From Verrucomicrobiales bacterium (GTDB taxonomy: Bacteria; Verrucomicrobiota; Verrucomicrobiia; Limisphaerales; CANJXF01), in assembly GCA_947478865.1 (NCBI GenBank), contig CANJXF010000006.1, positions 28,750 through 92,749 on the forward strand: a stretch of 64,000 nucleotides of DNA, read 5' to 3'. Positions 59,001 to 64,000 of this stretch are shown here, piece after piece. Within the stretch, counting starts at the first letter, position 1, and each line of letters starts with the position of its first letter. Both the position numbers and the translations under genes were made by a program. The notes under the pieces were generated by a model. That model did not search any database. It had not been told where the DNA came from and saw only the letters and a program-made list of their open reading frames with translations.

Positions 59001-60707
59001 ATGCCCTCATCCTCTCGCCTGACGCTCACGCAGTGGCTGATTTGTGCCATCGCGGCAATCGGCTTCCTGTTCGACACCTACGAACTACTGATGACGCCGC
59101 TCGTTGGGGTTCCCGCAATTGCTGAACTGCTTCAGGTTCCGCCGAACAATCCGCTCGTCACCGAATGGATGGGGAAAATGCTTTGGATGAGCGCGTTGTG
59201 CGGGGGCGTTTTTGGTTTACTCGGGGGCTGGTTGATCGATCGGTTCGGTCGCAAACGCATCATGGCGGCGAGTATTTTTGTCTATTCACTTTCGCCAGTC
59301 GCGGCGGCGTTGAGCACGACGTTGCCCATGTTTATTTTCTTCCGTTGCACCACGTTCATCGGCGTTTGCGTGGAGTTCGTCGCGGCGATCACCTGGCTTG
59401 CGGAATTATTCCCCGATCCGCGCCGCAAGAAAATCGTTCTCGGAACCACCCAGGCATTCGCCTCGCTCGGCGGCATTCTCGTCACCCTGGTGAGCGCGTG
59501 GATTGTGGCACACGCCAACTCGCTCCCGGCTCTGCATCTGCCTGAAATCTTCAACGCGCACTCGACCTGGCGCTACACGCTTTTCACTGGATTGCTTCCG
59601 GCACTTCCAATTGCGTTGCTCTTGCCCTTTGTGCCGGAATCGCAAGTCTGGCGCGAGAAACGTGACGCAGGAACTCTGAAGCGCCCCAGTTTTGGCGAAT
59701 TGTTTTCGCCCGCGCTGCGTCGCACCACCATTGTCACCGCGTTGCTCTCCGCCTGCGCCTATGCTGCGGCCTTTGGCGCGTTGCAGTTAACACCGTTGCG
59801 GATCGCGCCCGGCCTGCCCGAACTGGCCGACCAACGCAAAGCGCTGAAACCGTTGCAGGATGAAGCGAAGAATCTGAATCAGCAACTGACTGCGGCGATG
59901 CCCGCTTTCGAGCAAGCGACGAAAGAAATTCCCGGACTGGCTGAAGTCGCCGCGCAAAGAGCCAAAACCCGGATCGCGATGCGCACGCCGAAAAAGATTG
60001 TCGACGACCCCGCAGCGTCTGACCCGGCGAAAGCGGCTGCGAAAACGCAGCTTGCGTCGCTATCGGCTCGCATCAGCCAGCTCGACACCAATCTGACGCA
60101 ACTTACTGTGGAAAAACCGGACGCAAAAAAGGCGATCATCGATCGCGAGAAAATTTTGAAACAACTCGGTGACAACCGAGAATTTCAGGAGCCGCTCGAT
60201 CGCAAAATCAAAGAGGTCGGGAATAAAATGCAAGGCTTCCAGGAAACCGGCGGGCTGATCGGGCGAATTCTGCTGGCTATCTTGTTGCTCATCGTCGTTT
60301 CCCATCGCACGCTGCTGCGCATTTTTGTTGTGCCCGGCCTGCTGATGTTGCCGGTGACCTATTGGATGCTCTATCACACCTCCACGCCGGCGATGCAGTG
60401 GGGAATCTTCTTCTGCGGCCTGCTCGTCGTCGCGCAATTCAGTTATTTTGGCGAATATCTGCCCAAAGTTTTCCCGCTTCATTTGCGCGGCACCGGCGGA
60501 AGTTTTGCAACTAACGTAGGCGGCCGAATGATTGGAACGTCCGCCGCATTCCTGACCACGAATCTGCTCGCCCCGAAAATGAATGCGGCCCTGACGTTCG
60601 ACCAGGTCGCGATGGCCGCAGGAATCGTGGGAACAAGCGTTTTCGTCCTCGCGCTGATTTTAAGTTTCTTTTTACCTGAACCCAAAGTTGAACCTTCAGA
60701 GCAGTAA
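59001..60707 (+). CDS. MFS transporter with about 140-aa soluble helical insertion
   Basis: GFLFDTYE, motif A G.L.DRFGRK, G...EF, AELFP, PES..W and YLP.VFP..LRGTG. A hydrophilic insert follows TM7. Confidence 0.9.
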   Translation: MPSSSRLTLTQWLICAIAAIGFLFDTYELLMTPLVGVPAIAELLQVPPNNPLVTEWMGKMLWMSALCGGVFGLLGGWLIDRFGRKRIMAASIFVYSLSPVAAALSTTLPMFIFFRCTTFIGVCVEFVAAITWLAELFPDPRRKKIVLGTTQAFASLGGILVTLVSAWIVAHANSLPALHLPEIFNAHSTWRYTLFTGLLPALPIALLLPFVPESQVWREKRDAGTLKRPSFGELFSPALRRTTIVTALLSACAYAAAFGALQLTPLRIAPGLPELADQRKALKPLQDEAKNLNQQLTAAMPAFEQATKEIPGLAEVAAQRAKTRIAMRTPKKIVDDPAASDPAKAAAKTQLASLSARISQLDTNLTQLTVEKPDAKKAIIDREKILKQLGDNREFQEPLDRKIKEVGNKMQGFQETGGLIGRILLAILLLIVVSHRTLLRIFVVPGLLMLPVTYWMLYHTSTPAMQWGIFFCGLLVVAQFSYFGEYLPKVFPLHLRGTGGSFATNVGGRMIGTSAAFLTTNLLAPKMNAALTFDQVAMAAGIVGTSVFVLALILSFFLPEPKVEPSEQ

Positions 60708-60713
60708 ATTAAC

Positions 60714-61781
60714 ATGATCCAACTCACTCCCGAGCAAGCCCAGCAACAACTCGAAACGCATCTTAGCGAAATCATCCAATGGCATTTTTCGCCGGAAACC
60801 GGCTGCCCGTTCTGGCTTGATTGGGCGAAGAAGAATTTCGATCCGCGCCAAGAAATCAAATCGTTCGCGGACATGTCGAAATTCCCCCATTTCCAGGATG
60901 AATGGCTGCGCGATCTGCAACCGGAAGTCTGGGTCCCCGCGCAGTTCAAAGGAAAACCGTTCAGCATTTTCGAAACGGGCGGCACCACCGGCATGCCCAA
61001 GCAGCGCATTGGCTGGAATGATTTTCGCGTGGATTATTCTGAGTTCAGCGAAAAAATTTCCGACGAACATTTTCCGCGCAATCACTACTGGCTGATGATG
61101 GGGCCAACCGGCCCGCGCCGACTCCGCCTCGCCATTGAACATCTCGCCAATGTGCGCGGCAGCTCGTGCTACTTCATCGACCTCGATCCGCGTTGGGTGA
61201 AAAAACTGATCAGCGGCAAACAGTTTGATCAAGCCCGCGCCTACATGGATCACGTGGTCGATCAAGCCGTGACAATTCTGAAAAACCGCAAAGTTTCCGG
61301 CCTGTTCACCACGCCGAAACTGCTCGAAGCGCTCTCCGAGAAAATAAATATCTGGGACGCTGGCATCCGCGGCGTCTTCTGCGGCGGCACCACGATGGCT
61401 CCGCAATATGTCCGATTCATCGTCGAAGAAGTTTTGGAAGGGCGCATTGGTTTTTATCCGACCTACGGCAACACGCTGATGGGACTCGCGGCGAGCGTTC
61501 CGCTGAAACCCGAGGACAATTTCTCCATCACCTACTACGCCCCGCAACCGCGCGCCGTCTTGCGAGTCGTCGATCCAAACAACACGACTCAATTGAAAGC
61601 TTACGGCGAATGGGGCCGCGTCGAACTCACGACATTGACGAAAGAATTTTTCATGCCGCGTTTTCTGGAGCGCGACGAAGCGATCCGCCGCACGCCGCGC
61701 GCCCCCTACGCCTGGGACGGCGTGGCCGAAGTGCGTCCATTCGGCGCGATGGAAAAGAATATTGTCGAAGGCGTTTACTGA
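60714..61781 (+). CDS. EhpF/LuxE-like truncated ANL-superfamily adenylating enzyme
   Basis: WHFSPETG.PFW, A3 loop ETGGTTG.PK, A5 YGNT, A7-like ERD and C-terminal EGVY. Only 355 aa, with no small C-terminal ANL domain. Confidence 0.75.
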   Translation: MIQLTPEQAQQQLETHLSEIIQWHFSPETGCPFWLDWAKKNFDPRQEIKSFADMSKFPHFQDEWLRDLQPEVWVPAQFKGKPFSIFETGGTTGMPKQRIGWNDFRVDYSEFSEKISDEHFPRNHYWLMMGPTGPRRLRLAIEHLANVRGSSCYFIDLDPRWVKKLISGKQFDQARAYMDHVVDQAVTILKNRKVSGLFTTPKLLEALSEKINIWDAGIRGVFCGGTTMAPQYVRFIVEEVLEGRIGFYPTYGNTLMGLAASVPLKPEDNFSITYYAPQPRAVLRVVDPNNTTQLKAYGEWGRVELTTLTKEFFMPRFLERDEAIRRTPRAPYAWDGVAEVRPFGAMEKNIVEGVY

Positions 61782-61827
61782 TTTTTCGCGGAACAACCGT
61801 TTATTTAAAGCGGGATACGCGAACGAC

Positions 61828-63117
61828 CTAAGGCCGGCGCAACCGGTAGAATTCCGATCCGTTTTGGCGATTCTTTATCGTCACGAATTCGTCTCCTGAT
61901 GCAATGACGCCGTTGGTCTGGGCGATCCAGACTTCGCCAGGGAAAAGAGCCGTGGTGCTTTCGAAGACAAAGGCGCTTGCCGAAACCGGCCATGAGAACA
62001 TGAGTTGGTTTCCCGAAACTGAGAAGCGCAGAGTCGGCGGCACAATGCGCTCAGTTCTAACCGTGTTGTTACCGAGGTCTGCGATATAGAGATAACCGGC
62101 CCCGTCCTTCGCCAGGCCACCGGGAAAAGAAAAACGCGCACTGCTGCCGTTTCCATCCGCGTTTCCGGCCGTCCCCGGCAAACCTGCGACCGTGGTCACC
62201 ACCCAATTCGTTCCGATGGCAGAAATTTTTCGGATGGTTTGATTGCCTGAATCAGAAACAAAAATGTTTCCCGCGTTGTCGGCCACGATTCCCTGCGGTT
62301 GAAAAAATCGAGATTCTTTGTTCGTTCCGTCCACATTTCCCCAAAGACCAGGTGACCCGGCAATGGTGCTGACCGAGCCACTAGCCGTAATCCTTCGAAT
62401 GGTGTGGTTCGAAAAATCGGCGACGTAAAGATTCGTTGCGCTATCCACGGCGATTCCTGTGGGCGAATTGAATCGTGCTTTGGTCACGGAACCATCCAGC
62501 GAACCAGGGTTTCCGGCCAAGCCCGCCCGCGTGGTGACGGCTCCGCCCATCGAAATTTTGCGAATGGTGTGGTTCCATGTGTCCGCCACAAAAACATTGC
62601 CAGCCCTGTCCACGGTCAATGCTTGTGGCTGGAAAAACTGCGCATTCGTTCCCTGACCGTCGAAGCTGTTCGCATAACCGGCAGAACCGGCCAGGGTGCT
62701 CACCAAGCCTTCCGAGGTGATTTTTCGAATCATTGCATTACCCGTGTCGGCGACGTAAATCGATCCGGCGCTGTCCACGGCAATTCCTTGCGGAGCAAAA
62801 AAGCGCGCGCTCGTTCCCATCCCGTTGGTGCTGCCGGTAATTCCGGGAGAGCCTGCAAATGTCGTCACAATTCCGTTCGGAGTAATCTTTCGAATCGTAC
62901 TGTTCTCGGTGTCAGCGACATAAATATTCCCGGTGCTGTCGGCCGCAATGCTGTTCGGATGGCTAAATCGCGCGCTGCTGCTCACTCCATCCGCGATGCC
63001 GATGACGTCGTGGCCGGCGAACGTGTTGATGGATACAGTTTGGGCAGACAGGAGTGCGACTGACATCAGGAAAGCGCCCGCGCTCGCAAAGATGGAAAAT
63101 GACATTCGGGTTCGCAT
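61828..63117 (-). CDS. Secreted NHL-repeat protein with C-terminal FYR module
   Basis: Six F..P.GIA.D..GN.YVAD..N..IRKI repeats. Signal peptide from ATG 63117, 1 bp after the upstream stop. Ends LMFSWP...FYRLRRP. Confidence 0.9.
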   Translation of the reverse strand: MRTRMSFSIFASAGAFLMSVALLSAQTVSINTFAGHDVIGIADGVSSSARFSHPNSIAADSTGNIYVADTENSTIRKITPNGIVTTFAGSPGITGSTNGMGTSARFFAPQGIAVDSAGSIYVADTGNAMIRKITSEGLVSTLAGSAGYANSFDGQGTNAQFFQPQALTVDRAGNVFVADTWNHTIRKISMGGAVTTRAGLAGNPGSLDGSVTKARFNSPTGIAVDSATNLYVADFSNHTIRRITASGSVSTIAGSPGLWGNVDGTNKESRFFQPQGIVADNAGNIFVSDSGNQTIRKISAIGTNWVVTTVAGLPGTAGNADGNGSSARFSFPGGLAKDGAGYLYIADLGNNTVRTERIVPPTLRFSVSGNQLMFSWPVSASAFVFESTTALFPGEVWIAQTNGVIASGDEFVTIKNRQNGSEFYRLRRP

Positions 63118-63118
63118 T

Positions 63119-64000
63119 TCAGTTCCAGTTTGGACGATAGACCGTTCCGGTGGAATCGGATCCGCCGCGTCCGGCCACAGAAGCCTGAATCGTGTAAATC
63201 GAGCCGTTTCGGCGCGCGGGTAATCGCAAAATGTAGGTCGGCTTGACAGGTGTAACGCCGGTGAATCCGGCATGGGTGTCGCGGTCAATTTCAACTCCAT
63301 TCTCTAACAATGCGACCCAGGCGATATCCAATCCGTTCGCCCCAGATTGCCAGCAAAAGCTAAGGTCAATTTCACCGGCGGCGGTGACGCTGGAAGTGAG
63401 GTTCCAACTCAGCGTGTTGTAGTTCGTTGAAACCTGAGCCGGTATCCACGACGCAATTGCCGGCGGAGTTGCGCTCGGATTGTAATTCACCCCCATTTGC
63501 GTGAGCCGTTGCTTGTGAACCACGAGACGGTTGGTGAAGTCGGAATAATTTTTCAGCGCAGCAGGAGTCCAGTTGCCTTCGGCCAATGCGCACAAGCGCG
63601 GGAAAACTCTAAACTGCATGTTTAAGAGAGATGGGATCCACTCAGACCATGAGTTACCCTGTGACCCGAGAATAAAATTTGTGTATCCGGCTGCCAAACC
63701 CGCTGGAATCGGCTCGAAACTATAGGCCGTGTTCAACGAGACAAATCCCGATTGCGCCGGTGGTTCGTTGGACCAGATGACGCCAGCGCCATTGCCGCTG
63801 GTGCTGCCGGTTTCCCATTTGTTGATGTAACACGAAGCGGACGGCGACATGACCGCGTATTGGCCGTTGGTTGCAGTGAACGTTGCTTTGGTGGCGAGCC
63901 AATCCATCAGCACAGCATTGGTGACCAGGCCGCCATTCATGATTTCGCTCCACCCAATCATCGTGCGTCCCTGGCTTTTGATCCAATTGGCGATTTGCTG
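63119..64000 (-). CDS. Beta-N-acetylhexosaminidase (GH20), 3' part only, start is beyond the window
   Basis: GRTMIGWSEI, VMSP...CY, AYSFEP, ILG.QGN.WSEWI and FPRL.ALAE..W, followed by a beta-sandwich domain. Confidence 0.85.
   Translation of the reverse strand, partial: QQIANWIKSQGRTMIGWSEIMNGGLVTNAVLMDWLATKATFTATNGQYAVMSPSASCYINKWETGSTSGNGAGVIWSNEPPAQSGFVSLNTAYSFEPIPAGLAAGYTNFILGSQGNSWSEWIPSLLNMQFRVFPRLCALAEGNWTPAALKNYSDFTNRLVVHKQRLTQMGVNYNPSATPPAIASWIPAQVSTNYNTLSWNLTSSVTAAGEIDLSFCWQSGANGLDIAWVALLENGVEIDRDTHAGFTGVTPVKPTYILRLPARRNGSIYTIQASVAGRGGSDSTGTVYRPNWN

Noticed and set aside
60714-61781. Complete phenazine or bioluminescence cluster
   Set aside because: No phzA-G, luxAB/C/D or EhpG-like reductase is present in the window.
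55090-61796. Long antisense ORFs (55090..56253, 57410..58594, 60696..61796, and similar ones elsewhere)
   Set aside because: These are shadow frames of GC-rich genes with no recognisable motifs.

Overview
A gene-dense bacterial chromosomal window with no rRNA, tRNA, CRISPR, IS or prophage that I can support. The gene families point to Verrucomicrobiota, probably a Pedosphaera/Limisphaera-like lineage (inference). These include a PilM-like protein, a PVC-type CxxCH haem dehydrogenase, an H-X9-DG prepilin-like protein, several PQQ-type beta-propellers and secreted proteins ending in F(F/Y)R. From 0.5 to 18.5 kb lies an exosortase/EpsI-linked surface-glycan locus. It has UXS, a priming transferase, GT-C, GDP-mannose 3,5-epimerase, WecG, GT4/GT2/GT9, two methyltransferases, a deacetylase, a nucleotidyltransferase-TMK fusion plus a kinase, and a GT4 fused to a chemoreceptor-type four-helix sensor domain. 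From 18.7 to 53 kb are mixed metabolic and housekeeping genes (rnc, rpoD-like, fabD, xerD). This stretch also holds an ECF sigma/anti-sigma module whose probable promoter (TGTAAC-N17-CGTCT) appears twice, and a stand-alone HisKA/DHp mini-protein. From 53 to 62 kb are a beta-propeller gene interrupted by an in-frame TGA and a MarR-divergent operon. That operon encodes two secreted beta-propellers, an MFS carrier with a large helical insert and an EhpF/LuxE-like truncated ANL adenylating enzyme. The two best candidates for undescribed systems are this operon and the sensor-fused glycosyltransferase. All calls come from reading motifs by eye; no database searches were run.
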